Positions 18,636 to 28,320 are shown, counted from the first letter of the stretch. The stretch: DNA of 32,000 nt from Cylindrospermopsis raciborskii Cr2010 (GCF_003367075.2 NZ_CP065936.1:1200001-1232000), one strand, 5' to 3'. The notes: generated from the letters alone by a model not told the origin. Program-made: numbers and translations.

Positions 18636-21600
18636 ATGTTTATAGATCACTTGCACTCCCAACACCTGGAAGAACTAGTACATGGTAGTAGTGTAAATTT
18701 ACACCTAGCAATGTTAAATTTTCATTCCCTTCAGGGTGTGAATGCTTATCAGCATATATTAATCTCTAATAGTTTACCGCGCACTAATACAGGGATGATT
18801 AAGAGCGGGTGGTTAGAGAGATATGGACACATTACAGCTGGTGGTTGGTGGTGTTCTGGTGTAGACCCGCTAAATAACTGGCAAAAAATGGAATGGGGAT
18901 GTTTTAAACCCTCCCAACCGCGAAGAAACAAAAATGGCAAGTCCATTAAATATGAACATCCCCCCAGCACACCAACGCGAATATTTTGTTTGCGGGTAAC
19001 TGAAGAAATTTGGCATCAAATTTCCCAACGTTATGATGTTACTATGCCAAAAGACATTAACATTAGTGATGACGGGGAAGCTCAGGGTTTTTGGCCATGG
19101 GTAATAGAATCTAACATACCAATTATTATTTGTGAAGGTGTTAAAAAAGCAGCAGCTTTATTAACACAAGGGTATGTAGCAATTGGCATACCTGGAATTA
19201 CCAGTGGTTATCGGGTAATCAAAAATGAATTTGGTAAAGTTACCCGTCGTCGTCTCATTCTTGATCTGGAAGTTTTCGCCAATAGACAACTGAGTTTTTA
19301 TATATGTTTTGATTTTGAGAATCAGCCACGGAAGGCTACTGCGATTAATAATGCCATTTCTCAATTAGGCTATTTACTTGAGCGGAAAAATTGCTCTGTT
19401 AAAGTAATCAAACTCCCTGGTAAAGAGAAAGGTGTGGATGATTTTATCACTGCTAAGGGAGCGGAAGCGTTTGAGCAAGTCTACAATCAAAGTATGTCCC
19501 TAGAGGTCTATATTGCCCAAACGAAACCCCATATAGATCTAACAGTTACTCCCAGTGTTACCATCAACCAAAGCTATTTAGATAGAATATGTTTACCCTC
19601 CACTGGTTTAGTGGGAGTCAAATCCGCTAAAGGAACAGGTAAAACCACCAGACTGCAAGCGGTGGTTGAGGAAGCTAAAAATCGTTGTCAACCAATCTTA
19701 TTAATCACCCATCGCATCCTTTTGGGAAAATTCCTCTGTGAAAAAATTGGTATTAGATGGGGAATCCACCCTGAAAACCAGTCACCACCATCCAGCTCAC
19801 CTACCAAATCCTTTGGGTTGTGTGTTGATTCCTTGTGGAAGGTGAATCCCCAAGATTGGCAAGGAGCTATAGTCATCTTAGATGAAGTTGAACAGTCTTT
19901 ATGGCATCTCCTCAACAGTAACACCTGTAAAAACAAGAGGATAAAGATACTCAGCGTTTTCCAACAATTAATAGCCACGGTAGTGAACACAGAGGGTTTA
20001 GTCATTGCTCAAGATGCTGACTTATCAGATGTTTCTCTAGAATACCTCCAGGGTTTAGCAGGAAACAAAATCACTCCTTGGGTACTTGTGAATAAGTGGA
20101 AACCCAAACGTGGGTGGGATGTGACCTTTTATGATTCACCTAACCCAACACCTTTAATCCATCAACTGGAGCTGGACTTAATCACAGGTAAGAAGTGCTA
20201 TGTAACAACCGATAGTCGCACGGGACGTTACAGTTGTGAAACCATCGAAGATTATCTCCAGGATCGCTTGTATAAGTTAAAAAGGCAATTTCCCCATAGT
20301 TTAGTGGTGAGTAGTCAAACTACCAATACACCTGCACATCCAGCTATAGAATGTCTAAGTGCTATCAATCAAAAAATCACTGATTATGATATGGTACTTG
20401 TCACTCCTAGTTTAGGAACGGGAATTAGTATTGATGTCCAACATTTTGACCGAGTTTACGGTATTTTTCAGGGAGTCATTCCCGACTCAGAAGCACGTCA
20501 AGCATTAGCTAGGGTGCGTGATTCAGTTCCCCGTTTTGTCTGGTGTGCTAAACGCGGTATAGGTTTGATTGGTAGTGGTAGTACCAATTATCAGCTACTA
20601 TCTGATTGGTATCAAGAAAATCAAAAAGAAAATTTGGCTTTATTGAGTCCTTTACACAAAATAGATGTTGATTTACCCGCAGTTTATGATCCTATTCATT
20701 TACGTACTTGGGCAAAACTATCTGCTAGGGTCAATAGTTCCATTACCTTTTATCGACAATCTTTGCAAGAGGGATTAATTGCTGAAGGTCACAAAGTCAC
20801 CATAGGGAATAATACAGACTATAATAGTATTATTCGTGAGTTGCGTTCGGCGTTTTTAAAAACTTCTGTGAATGATCTGGCCACCCGAACCAGATTAATT
20901 TTAGAAATTGTTCAAGTTCAAAAGGATTGGGAACAAACTCGTCAACAGTCTCAGCATATCAAACGCAATATCAAGGAAATTAAGGAGCACAATCAATTGA
21001 TGATTGCCCAAGCTGTGGTGGCGGCTAAAAATATTGACTATGTTGAATATCAACAACTACTAACTAAACATTCTCTCACCGATGAACAACGCTATGCAAT
21101 TCATAAATATATTCTCTACACAAGATATGGAGTACCTGTCACCACTTGGTTAAAAATGCGAGATGATCAGGGATATTATTCCCAATTATTGACTCACTAT
21201 TATTTGACTCATGAAAGTCACTATTTTCACATCAAAGATCAACAGGAATGGAAACAACAGTTATTTTGGGGCGAAGGAAAGGTTTTTCTACCAGATTTAA
21301 AAACCTATACTCTCAAGGTGGAAGCCTTGCGAGCTTTGGGAATGTGTCAGTTTTTAGCACAAGATAGGGTATTCCAAGAAAATGATGATGATATTATTTG
21401 GTTGAAAAATGTGGCAATTCAGAGTAGTCAACATATTAACCGTGCTTTGGGTGTGGATATTGCTAAAAAATCACAATCTATTTCTGGAATTAAAATACTC
21501 AATCTGTTGATGGGTTTATTGGGTTTAAAATTGCGTCGAATAAATCAGGTTTATCAAGTTAATTTTGACATGCTCAAGGATGGAAGAGAGGAAATATTTG

Positions 21601-21701
21601 CCATTTGGCAACAACGGGATCATTGGCAACTCTATCACCTCAAAACCAGATCAGCTCAAGATAAATGTCAGCAACTGGGCCCTTTAGTTTCGGTTAACTG
21701 A
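18636..21701 (+). CDS. Toprim/DUF3854-like plus P-loop NTPase protein resembling cyanobacterial plasmid replication proteins (CyRepA1-like primase-helicase)
   Basis: 1021 aa from ATG 18636 (the ORF track starts at TTG 18600). Toprim-like acidic motifs IIICEGVKKAAALL, CFDFEN and KGVDDF. Walker A SAKGTGKTT and Walker B VILDEVEQ. Long alpha-helical C-terminal region. Confidence 0.72.
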   Translation: MFIDHLHSQHLEELVHGSSVNLHLAMLNFHSLQGVNAYQHILISNSLPRTNTGMIKSGWLERYGHITAGGWWCSGVDPLNNWQKMEWGCFKPSQPRRNKNGKSIKYEHPPSTPTRIFCLRVTEEIWHQISQRYDVTMPKDINISDDGEAQGFWPWVIESNIPIIICEGVKKAAALLTQGYVAIGIPGITSGYRVIKNEFGKVTRRRLILDLEVFANRQLSFYICFDFENQPRKATAINNAISQLGYLLERKNCSVKVIKLPGKEKGVDDFITAKGAEAFEQVYNQSMSLEVYIAQTKPHIDLTVTPSVTINQSYLDRICLPSTGLVGVKSAKGTGKTTRLQAVVEEAKNRCQPILLITHRILLGKFLCEKIGIRWGIHPENQSPPSSSPTKSFGLCVDSLWKVNPQDWQGAIVILDEVEQSLWHLLNSNTCKNKRIKILSVFQQLIATVVNTEGLVIAQDADLSDVSLEYLQGLAGNKITPWVLVNKWKPKRGWDVTFYDSPNPTPLIHQLELDLITGKKCYVTTDSRTGRYSCETIEDYLQDRLYKLKRQFPHSLVVSSQTTNTPAHPAIECLSAINQKITDYDMVLVTPSLGTGISIDVQHFDRVYGIFQGVIPDSEARQALARVRDSVPRFVWCAKRGIGLIGSGSTNYQLLSDWYQENQKENLALLSPLHKIDVDLPAVYDPIHLRTWAKLSARVNSSITFYRQSLQEGLIAEGHKVTIGNNTDYNSIIRELRSAFLKTSVNDLATRTRLILEIVQVQKDWEQTRQQSQHIKRNIKEIKEHNQLMIAQAVVAAKNIDYVEYQQLLTKHSLTDEQRYAIHKYILYTRYGVPVTTWLKMRDDQGYYSQLLTHYYLTHESHYFHIKDQQEWKQQLFWGEGKVFLPDLKTYTLKVEALRALGMCQFLAQDRVFQENDDDIIWLKNVAIQSSQHINRALGVDIAKKSQSISGIKILNLLMGLLGLKLRRINQVYQVNFDMLKDGREEIFAIWQQRDHWQLYHLKTRSAQDKCQQLGPLVSVN

Positions 21702-21716
21702 TTTTATCAACTCGGT

Positions 21717-22454
21717 TTAGTGGTTTTTCTTCCGGTAGGTAATTATTAAACTTTGTGCCATGATAGCAAAGGAAGCTACTGCTATTAAACCACCCCAGAA
21801 CCAATAGGGTAAAAGCAAGTATTTTTGCATTTGTCCCGTATCCGAAATTCCTAAAGACCCAGCATTATAACTAAACAAATAGTCCAATTGATGATACGTA
21901 CTTATACAGGCCTGCATCCCCAAGAATTTAACGGTAAAAATCTGTACCCATTTGCTAGTTATTAATGAGATCCACAAAACCCCCAGTCCCAACAGTGGTA
22001 ATGTGATCAAACCAAACCATGAACGTACCCAAACTAAACTAGAAAACAACAAAGCAATACCTAAAATTTTTAGGCTCAATGATGCACTGTTAAAACTGCG
22101 AGAAGACATGATTAACCCTGCACCAGCTATGGGTGGACCCATAGGACCTGCAGCTGCAATCAGAGCGGGAACAAGAGGAATAAAAGATGAGGGTATGGTG
22201 TAAATTGCTACTCCAAATCCATTGCTAAAAATTTGTAACTCACGAAAATTGCCTCCTAAAATAATTGACATCAACCCATGACTGATTTCATGAAACCAGG
22301 TTGCTAGTATGGTGAAGGGATATAAAATATAGTCTCCCATCGGTAATTGCCACAAAATAGCAGTGGTGACTGCTGCTCCCAATAACCAGCTTAAACCCGT
22401 GGACTCAATGTTTGAGGATTGGAGGAAAGTGGACAAGTTCTTTAGTTCTTTCAT
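21717..22454 (-). CDS. Polytopic membrane zinc metallopeptidase-like protein (HEXXH, M50-like)
   Basis: 245 aa with multiple TM segments and an HEXXH motif (FHEISHG) inside a hydrophobic segment. Confidence 0.62.
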   Translation of the reverse strand: MKELKNLSTFLQSSNIESTGLSWLLGAAVTTAILWQLPMGDYILYPFTILATWFHEISHGLMSIILGGNFRELQIFSNGFGVAIYTIPSSFIPLVPALIAAAGPMGPPIAGAGLIMSSRSFNSASLSLKILGIALLFSSLVWVRSWFGLITLPLLGLGVLWISLITSKWVQIFTVKFLGMQACISTYHQLDYLFSYNAGSLGISDTGQMQKYLLLPYWFWGGLIAVASFAIMAQSLIITYRKKNH

Positions 22455-22611
22455 CGGAAATTATCTAAGGCACTATTGTCACAGATACTGCTTCAGATAC
22501 TGATTTTAGCAAAAGTTTTGCTGTTTTGTGGAGAGGTAGTTGCTAGTACCTTCCAGCTAGGCTATAAATCAATCAAAAACAGATCGATCATAGCCTAAAC
22601 TTTTCTCTGTT

Positions 22612-23379
22612 TTAAGAGAGTTGAAATAAGAAAGTTACCAAATCTCCTTTACCTAAACTAATGCGATCGCCTGGACGGAGACGGTGTCGATTTCCCGGTA
22701 ACAATGGCAAATTATTAATATAAGTGCCATTGGAACTACCTACATCCTCTATATAATAAGCATCTCCCTCAACCCGAATATCGGCGTGAATTCGGGAAAC
22801 GATTTCTGAGTTGGAAAATCCAGCCACGTCAATATCTGGGGGGATCCGATCATTGGGCTTACCAATATGAATTACAGATAGATTTTGGGGTAATTCAACT
22901 TCTTGGTTACCCTGAAGATGGAATAATCGTCCTACCACCTGTTGTAATTGAGTCGGTGACAGTTGTACCGGGGGATCTGGTTCCGGTGCTGTGAGTACTG
23001 GTGCTACTACCGGTTCAGGTACTATTGGTAATATAGGACCAGCAACTGGTTCTGGGGGTGTGCTGACTAAAGTAGGTGGCACACTGTAAATTGTGGGTGG
23101 CTGGGTATTAATTCCCAAGGGATCAGATTGTAGTAACTCTAACATGGGGTCAGGAGTAACTAAAGGTGGTACCTCTACGGAGGTTACTGCTACAGTTGGT
23201 TCGGTGACTACGGGGGTGGAGCGCAAGTTATAACCACATTGACCGCAAAAAGCAGCATCAGCCTGTACATTAGCTCCACAACTGGGACAGGTAGTGGTAG
23301 TTGGCAATGGTGTGTAGCAAGCTTCACACTGAACAGCAGCGTCTGGATTAGGATGATTGCAGTTTGGACAAATGATCAT
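22612..23379 (-). CDS. Double zinc-ribbon / proline-rich linker / FHA domain protein
   Basis: 255 aa. Zinc ribbons CPNC…CEAC and CPSC…CGQC at the N-terminus. The C-terminal FHA signature is IGK…VSRIHADI…YYIEDVGSSNGTYIN…L..GDRISLG. Confidence 0.85.
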   Translation of the reverse strand: MIICPNCNHPNPDAAVQCEACYTPLPTTTTCPSCGANVQADAAFCGQCGYNLRSTPVVTEPTVAVTSVEVPPLVTPDPMLELLQSDPLGINTQPPTIYSVPPTLVSTPPEPVAGPILPIVPEPVVAPVLTAPEPDPPVQLSPTQLQQVVGRLFHLQGNQEVELPQNLSVIHIGKPNDRIPPDIDVAGFSNSEIVSRIHADIRVEGDAYYIEDVGSSNGTYINNLPLLPGNRHRLRPGDRISLGKGDLVTFLFQLS

Positions 23380-23425
23380 GAATTTAAGCCTTTGTCACTG
23401 TAAAGACAATAGTTGAGATAGGGAA

Positions 23426-24142
23426 TCAGAGTTGTGAACCAGCAGCTGCATCTAGTAGCCATAATAATTCCCCTTGAGGTTTAATCAAGCGAGATGGATA
23501 GGTAAAATCATCTGCTACTTCAGCAAACACCTGGGATAAAGCAGGCCTTTTATTAGCACCAGCAGCTAAAAAGATCACACTTCTGGCAGCATTAATTAGG
23601 GGATAGGTGAAGGTAATACGTGGATTACCATCTTTATTGCCCACAGTAACCAGGCGATCGCGCACTTGTAGAGCTTCCGTGTGGGGAAAGAGGGAGGCGG
23701 TGTGTGCATCATCACCCATACCTAGGAGGACCACATCCAAGGAAGGAAAGGTTCCCGGTGAGCAATGGAAAAATTCTTGTAGATGCTGTTCATACTTATT
23801 AGCATCCGCGACTGGATTGCCAGACAAGGTAGGTACGGCGTGAATATTAGTCTGTGGAATGGGAACCTTATTTAACCAGGCAATACGCGCCATTAATTCA
23901 TTACTATCGGGGTGATTGGATGGTACATAACGTTCATCACCCCAAAAAACATGAATTTTATCCCAATCTAGATTCAAAGAGCCTATTGCTTCATATAAAG
24001 GTTTTGGTGTACTACCACCAGATAAAGCAATAGTAAATTGTCCTCGTTCTTGAATAGCAGTTGCCAAACTAGATAATATTGCATCCTGAGCCCGTGCCAC
24101 CAAACCTTGCAGATCCGGTAAAATTTCTACCCTTTTGTTCAT
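23426..24142 (-). CDS. pgl: 6-phosphogluconolactonase
   Basis: 238 aa. Contains FTIALSGGSTPKPLY, WDKIHVFWGDERYV and LLGMGDDAHTASLFP, the classical Pgl/DevB motifs. Confidence 0.9.
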   Translation of the reverse strand: MNKRVEILPDLQGLVARAQDAILSSLATAIQERGQFTIALSGGSTPKPLYEAIGSLNLDWDKIHVFWGDERYVPSNHPDSNELMARIAWLNKVPIPQTNIHAVPTLSGNPVADANKYEQHLQEFFHCSPGTFPSLDVVLLGMGDDAHTASLFPHTEALQVRDRLVTVGNKDGNPRITFTYPLINAARSVIFLAAGANKRPALSQVFAEVADDFTYPSRLIKPQGELLWLLDAAAGSQL

Positions 24143-24240
24143 GGCTTTATCATATTAGCTTCTCTTCCTTTCAGCATACACTCTCCACCCTAAACTATTC
24201 TCTTTGTCATTACTGTTAACCATTGACCGTTATTCCGCTT

Positions 24241-24284
24241 CCAAAAAGTTGTCCAAAATTGTCTATAAGTAAACAATTTTGGAC
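24241..24284 (-). terminator. Intrinsic-terminator-like hairpin on the minus strand between the TolC-like gene and pgl
   Basis: Perfect 12-bp stem gtccaaaattgt (24251-24262) / acaattttggac (24273-24284) with a 10-nt loop. On the minus strand it is followed by aac then ttttt (24247-24243). Confidence 0.5.
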
Positions 24285-24465
24285 GAAGTTAGTGGTTCAT
24301 CTTCCAAGAATTATCTTTAATACTTTCGTTTGCTTTGAACAGATAGCAAGACAGAAAGAAGTGTCAAGACATATGTACAAGTTATTTAAAAGCATTAAGT
24401 ATTTTTCTTTTTGTGTTAAGAAGTATGAGTTTAGTCACTGTATTTTAAATCCAGTTAGAAGCCAA

Positions 24466-24474
24466 ATTATAGCA
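24466..24474 (-). promoter_or_regulatory. Extended -10 promoter element TGCTATAAT (minus strand)
   Basis: The plus strand reads attatagca at 24466-24474, which is TGCTATAAT on the minus strand and an exact TGnTATAAT. It begins 8 nt downstream of the TolC-like stop. There is no good -35 element. Confidence 0.4.
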
Positions 24475-24481
24475 TTTATTA

Positions 24482-26032
24482 CTATTTAAGCCATTTATTT
24501 AGCGTCATTCCCAAAAACTCTTCTAGTTGAGTCATACTGTTCAGATGACTGATAGTCACGTTCAATTCTTGATTTTTAGCGTCAACTAAACCTTTTTCAA
24601 AATTAATAATATCTGTCGTGGAAACATTGTCACCTGACTTGATTTTTTCCCTGGCACTATTCAGTCTTAATTCCGCTAAATTAGTGGACTGTTTGGATAA
24701 TTGAATTTGTGTAAAACTATCCCTAACATTACGAACCCTATTTCTCAGCTGCTCATTAATATCTACTCTAGTATTTGCTAAAGAGTATTCAGCTTGTTGC
24801 AAATTGACTTCACTTTTGAGTACGGCATTATCCTGAGAAAGATTACCAAACTCACGACTTAACACTAAAGACGATGTAAAATTACCCGAATCCCGCTGAT
24901 AGGAAAAACTATTAAAGCCATAACGCAGATTCAATGTAAGGTCTAAACTTTGCTGATTTTTGGCCTCTGCTAAGGAGAGCTTGGCATTTTCTACAGCATT
25001 AACAGCAAAAAGATATCTGATATTATTATTTTCAGCCAATTTGATCATTTCCTCAAAAGTTGGCAAATTTAAACTGTCTGGGGGAAGAGGTTTTTCTACC
25101 GCAATTAGCATTTTCAAAGGTAGGTCTGTAAGTTTGGTTAGGCTAGCAATTGCTTCAGTTAAATTTGTCTTTACATTAACTAAGTTAAATTCTTTTTGAG
25201 CAATGTCAGCCTGACGTTGAATCAAATCATTTTTGGTAATTTTGCCCTCTGTAAATAGCAGCTGTAACTTGTCAAGTTCTGCTTTGGCACTAGCAAAAGA
25301 ATCTTCCTCAATTTTTAATCTTTCTTGTGCTAACAAGAGATTCCTGTAGGTGACTACCGAATTTGTAATTGTTTGGGCAATAGAATTTCTGAAATTCAAG
25401 ACATTAGTGCTTTCTGTCAGTTTAGCTCTTCTAATGTTTAAAGTGTTTAAATATACGCCAAAGTCTTTCAATAAAGGTTGACTAATACTAAAACTAACAT
25501 CTTGACTGAGAATATTTGGATCTGTTAAAGGTAAATAACTTGAGGAATCTTTGCTATACTGACCTTTCCATACATTTTCTCCATTCCATCCTAAATTTAA
25601 AGAAGCACCAGTAGGCAGTTTCAAATTAATCCCAGCGCCAATACGAGCGGTTGTATTAGTTATAATATCTGTTTTTGTAGGGCCTGAGTCTCCTGGTTCC
25701 CTCGCATTCAGGTTTAAAGATAGCTGGGGTCGTAGAGTAGGGCTAAATATAGACTCAGATTCAGATAATCGTGCTTTATCTACAATACGCTGCAGATAGG
25801 CTATTTTTACATCTCGATTATTTTGTAAAGCTAGATAAACCGCATCAACTAGTTTTAAAGGTATATCCTGATTAGGTTGACTTAATAGTAATTGTATCTC
25901 CGGATTAACTTTTGGTAAATCTTGTTGACTAGGAACATCTTGAGCTTTGACTAAATTGGGTAAGAAGCAAACTAAGCAGAGGGACAAGAAAGATGTTTTT
26001 AATAAAAAAACATTTGTGTTAATCATTTTCAT
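24482..26032 (-). CDS. TolC-family outer-membrane efflux protein
   Basis: 516 aa with a signal peptide (…LPNLVKAQD). The architecture is two-fold repeated and coiled-coil rich, and the N-terminal LSLxEAVxLALxNN-like motif (DAVYLALQNNRDVKIA) is typical of OEP/TolC proteins. Confidence 0.85.
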   Translation of the reverse strand: MKMINTNVFLLKTSFLSLCLVCFLPNLVKAQDVPSQQDLPKVNPEIQLLLSQPNQDIPLKLVDAVYLALQNNRDVKIAYLQRIVDKARLSESESIFSPTLRPQLSLNLNAREPGDSGPTKTDIITNTTARIGAGINLKLPTGASLNLGWNGENVWKGQYSKDSSSYLPLTDPNILSQDVSFSISQPLLKDFGVYLNTLNIRRAKLTESTNVLNFRNSIAQTITNSVVTYRNLLLAQERLKIEEDSFASAKAELDKLQLLFTEGKITKNDLIQRQADIAQKEFNLVNVKTNLTEAIASLTKLTDLPLKMLIAVEKPLPPDSLNLPTFEEMIKLAENNNIRYLFAVNAVENAKLSLAEAKNQQSLDLTLNLRYGFNSFSYQRDSGNFTSSLVLSREFGNLSQDNAVLKSEVNLQQAEYSLANTRVDINEQLRNRVRNVRDSFTQIQLSKQSTNLAELRLNSAREKIKSGDNVSTTDIINFEKGLVDAKNQELNVTISHLNSMTQLEEFLGMTLNKWLK

Positions 26033-26179
26033 TTCCGGTGTGTCAAGTTACTTTGGTTTTAGCGGTTATTTGTACAGTAAATGCACTGAAGTTAACCCCA
26101 AAGTTATAATAAAACAAAAAGCCAAAATGATCGGAGAATTTCTGGTTAATATGTTACAGGAAGTATAACTGGATCTAAT

Positions 26180-26959
26180 CTAAATTGCTAGTGTAATCCC
26201 AGGTAGAGCCAACAAAAAATCTGTGATGAAAAGTACCACCCAAGTAGTTACCACCGCAGTAGTTGCGGATTCACCAACCTCCTTAGCGCCTCCCCTAGTA
26301 GTTAGTCCCCAACTACATCCATTCACAGCAACTATTATTCCAAAAATTACGCCTTTGACGATTATCATCATCATATCTCCCGGAGTTAAAAAATCTCGCA
26401 CCGATTCTAAAAAGTTTTCCGGTTGAACTTGGTAAAATTGCAACCCGGCAAAAATTCCACCACTAACACCCATAATTAGTGCAAAAATCATCATTACTGG
26501 CATCATCAAACCGCAAGCAATCACTCTGGGTAAGACTAAATAATCTATTGGATCGGTTTTGAGTAAGTAGAGCGCATCAATTTGTTCAGTTACCTGCATA
26601 GCTCCTATTTCTGCTGCGAATGCTGATCCTACTTGTCCAGCAATCACACTAGCGGTTAAAATTGGAGCTAGTTCTCGACAAAAGGCTACTGCAAAAGCGC
26701 CCCCCAGATTATCAACTGCACCGAATCTGATCAGTTCCCTAGCTGTTTGAATCGTGAAAATCATTCCCGCAAAACCACTTACCAACAAAACTGGGGAGAG
26801 GGAACCCGGTCCTACTTTTAGTGCATGGTCAAGAATTTTCCGATAATAGGTTTTTCCTTGAATTATATGTAGGGAAATTTGACCAAATAGCAATGCTGTG
26901 GACAAACAGCGAAAAATCCACCATTGTTGTATGTTTCTTGTTGAGTGCAAGGTGATCAC
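26180..26959 (-). CDS. MlaE/TGD1-like ABC transporter permease
   Basis: 259 aa, GTG start, multiple TM helices. The strings GPGSLSPVLLVSGFAGMIFTIQTA and REL.PILTA…AGQVGSAFAAEIGAM..TEQIDAL are characteristic of the MlaE/YrbE family. Confidence 0.85.
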   Translation of the reverse strand: MITLHSTRNIQQWWIFRCLSTALLFGQISLHIIQGKTYYRKILDHALKVGPGSLSPVLLVSGFAGMIFTIQTARELIRFGAVDNLGGAFAVAFCRELAPILTASVIAGQVGSAFAAEIGAMQVTEQIDALYLLKTDPIDYLVLPRVIACGLMMPVMMIFALIMGVSGGIFAGLQFYQVQPENFLESVRDFLTPGDMMMIIVKGVIFGIIVAVNGCSWGLTTRGGAKEVGESATTAVVTTWVVLFITDFLLALPGITLAI

Positions 26960-26982
26960 CTGTTTAAGTTTTCTATTTTCTG

Positions 26983-27723
26983 TTAAACATTCAATAAGGT
27001 GTTAAAATCTGGTATTACCGATCTTTGAGCTATCAGTAATTCCCTAATTCCTGTTTCTGCAACGTCCAGGAGCTGATTTAACTGTTGACGACTAAAACTA
27101 CCTGCTTCCGCTGTTCCTTGAACTTCAATAATATTGAGCCTACTGTTCATAACCACGTTAAAATCTACTTCTGCATTTACATCCTCAGTAAAGTCTAAAT
27201 CCAAAAATGCCTCTCCCTTTAATAAACCTACGGAAACAGCAGCTATTTGTCCACATAAAGGCGATCGCTCTAAAACTCCCTGTTGCAACAAGTTAGTAAT
27301 TGCATGAGCTAAGGCTATAAACCCACCTGTAATGGATATAGTTCTTGTACCAGCGTCTGCTTGTAAAACATCAGCATCTACAGTTAAGGTCTTTTCCCCT
27401 AATATTTCAAAATTCAGTGCTGCTCTTAAACTACGTCCAATTAATCGCTGAATTTCTTGGGTGCGTCCCGACAACTTTAATAGTTCCCGTTCTTGTCTTT
27501 GTTGGGTAGCAGAGGGTAACATACGATATTCTGCTGTTAACCAACCTTTTCCACTTCCCATTAAAAATTTTGGCACTCCCTCAGTTATACTAACTGTACA
27601 AAGAACCTGAGTCTCACCACATTGTGCTAACACCGAACCGGGAGCAAAACGAGTAAAATGGGGATAAAAATTTAATGTTCGTAGTTGATCGGGTTGACGA
27701 CCATCGAGACGTTGCCAAACCAT
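26983..27723 (-). CDS. rph: Ribonuclease PH
   Basis: 246 aa. Contains [45 protein letters not shown] and [13 protein letters not shown], matching RNase PH motifs. Confidence 0.93.
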   Translation of the reverse strand: MVWQRLDGRQPDQLRTLNFYPHFTRFAPGSVLAQCGETQVLCTVSITEGVPKFLMGSGKGWLTAEYRMLPSATQQRQERELLKLSGRTQEIQRLIGRSLRAALNFEILGEKTLTVDADVLQADAGTRTISITGGFIALAHAITNLLQQGVLERSPLCGQIAAVSVGLLKGEAFLDLDFTEDVNAEVDFNVVMNSRLNIIEVQGTAEAGSFSRQQLNQLLDVAETGIRELLIAQRSVIPDFNTLLNV

Positions 27724-27764
27724 GATTTACCTCTCAGTCTTTTTTGTATTCTCTTGTTTTAGTA

Positions 27765-28301
27765 ATGATTTTTACCCAAATTGACAGTCCAAATATTAAT
27801 CCTGCACCTAGTTTACCAAATTCAGTCGCGGGATCACTACAGGTGTTTACTAGCTCAGAACGTTACTTTTTCACTAACGTTATTTCCCAGTCCCTAAGAA
27901 TTGCCAGTCATGGAACACCTGTATTAATTATCCAGTTTCTTAAAGGGGGTATTAACCAAGGTATAAATAATCCCATACAAATTGGAAACAAGCTAGATTG
28001 GATTCGCTGTGACCTAGCTAGGTCCCCGGACACACCAAATTTCAATGAGGAAGAAATTGGGTCTTTGCATTCCCTGTGGGAATATACACAAAAGGTAGTA
28101 TACGAAGGTAAATATTCCTTAGTGGTTTTAGATGAGTTAAGTTTAGCAGTTGATTTTGGTTTAATTCCCGAAAAGGAGGTGTTGCAGTTTCTGATTGACC
28201 GTCCCACCCATTTGGATATGATTTTGACTGGTCCTCAAATGCCAAAATCTTTTCTTGATTTAGCTGACCAAATTACAGAAATTCGTCGGTTGCAACCTTA
28301 G
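27765..28301 (+). CDS. CobA/CobO/BtuR-like (cob(I)yrinic acid a,c-diamide adenosyltransferase family) protein lacking the P-loop
   Basis: Family strings [25 protein letters not shown] and ILTGPQMP…LADQITEI are present. The position of the canonical GxGKGKT(T/S) loop instead reads [11 protein letters not shown] preferred the ATG at 27765 over the TTG at 27744. Confidence 0.68.
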   Translation: MIFTQIDSPNINPAPSLPNSVAGSLQVFTSSERYFFTNVISQSLRIASHGTPVLIIQFLKGGINQGINNPIQIGNKLDWIRCDLARSPDTPNFNEEEIGSLHSLWEYTQKVVYEGKYSLVVLDELSLAVDFGLIPEKEVLQFLIDRPTHLDMILTGPQMPKSFLDLADQITEIRRLQP

Positions 28302-28320
28302 AAAATCCTCAAGGAGTTGT

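Noticed and set aside
18636-21701. Absence of the HIP1 octamer in the Rep-like gene as evidence of foreign origin
   Set aside because: Several clearly native stretches of about 3 kb (for example 2863-5820 and 24482-27200) also lack HIP1. With only about 13 sites in 32 kb the absence is not statistically meaningful, and base composition looks similar by eye.
18322-22454. Integrated plasmid, prophage or ICE around the Rep-like gene
   Set aside because: I could find no integrase, recombinase, relaxase, partition or phage genes, no tRNA target and no flanking direct repeats. The neighbours look like ordinary chromosomal genes, so only a solitary gene is claimed.
24223-24489. 88-aa plus-strand ORF between pgl and the TolC-like gene
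   Set aside because: It has low-complexity, Lys/Phe/Ile-rich AT-driven composition, no Shine-Dalgarno sequence, and overlaps the TolC-like stop. The region is better explained by minus-strand promoter and terminator signals.
25947-26168. 73-aa plus-strand ORF spanning the TolC-like start region
   Set aside because: It overlaps the TolC-like signal-peptide codons in antisense, has AT-rich low-complexity sequence and has no RBS.
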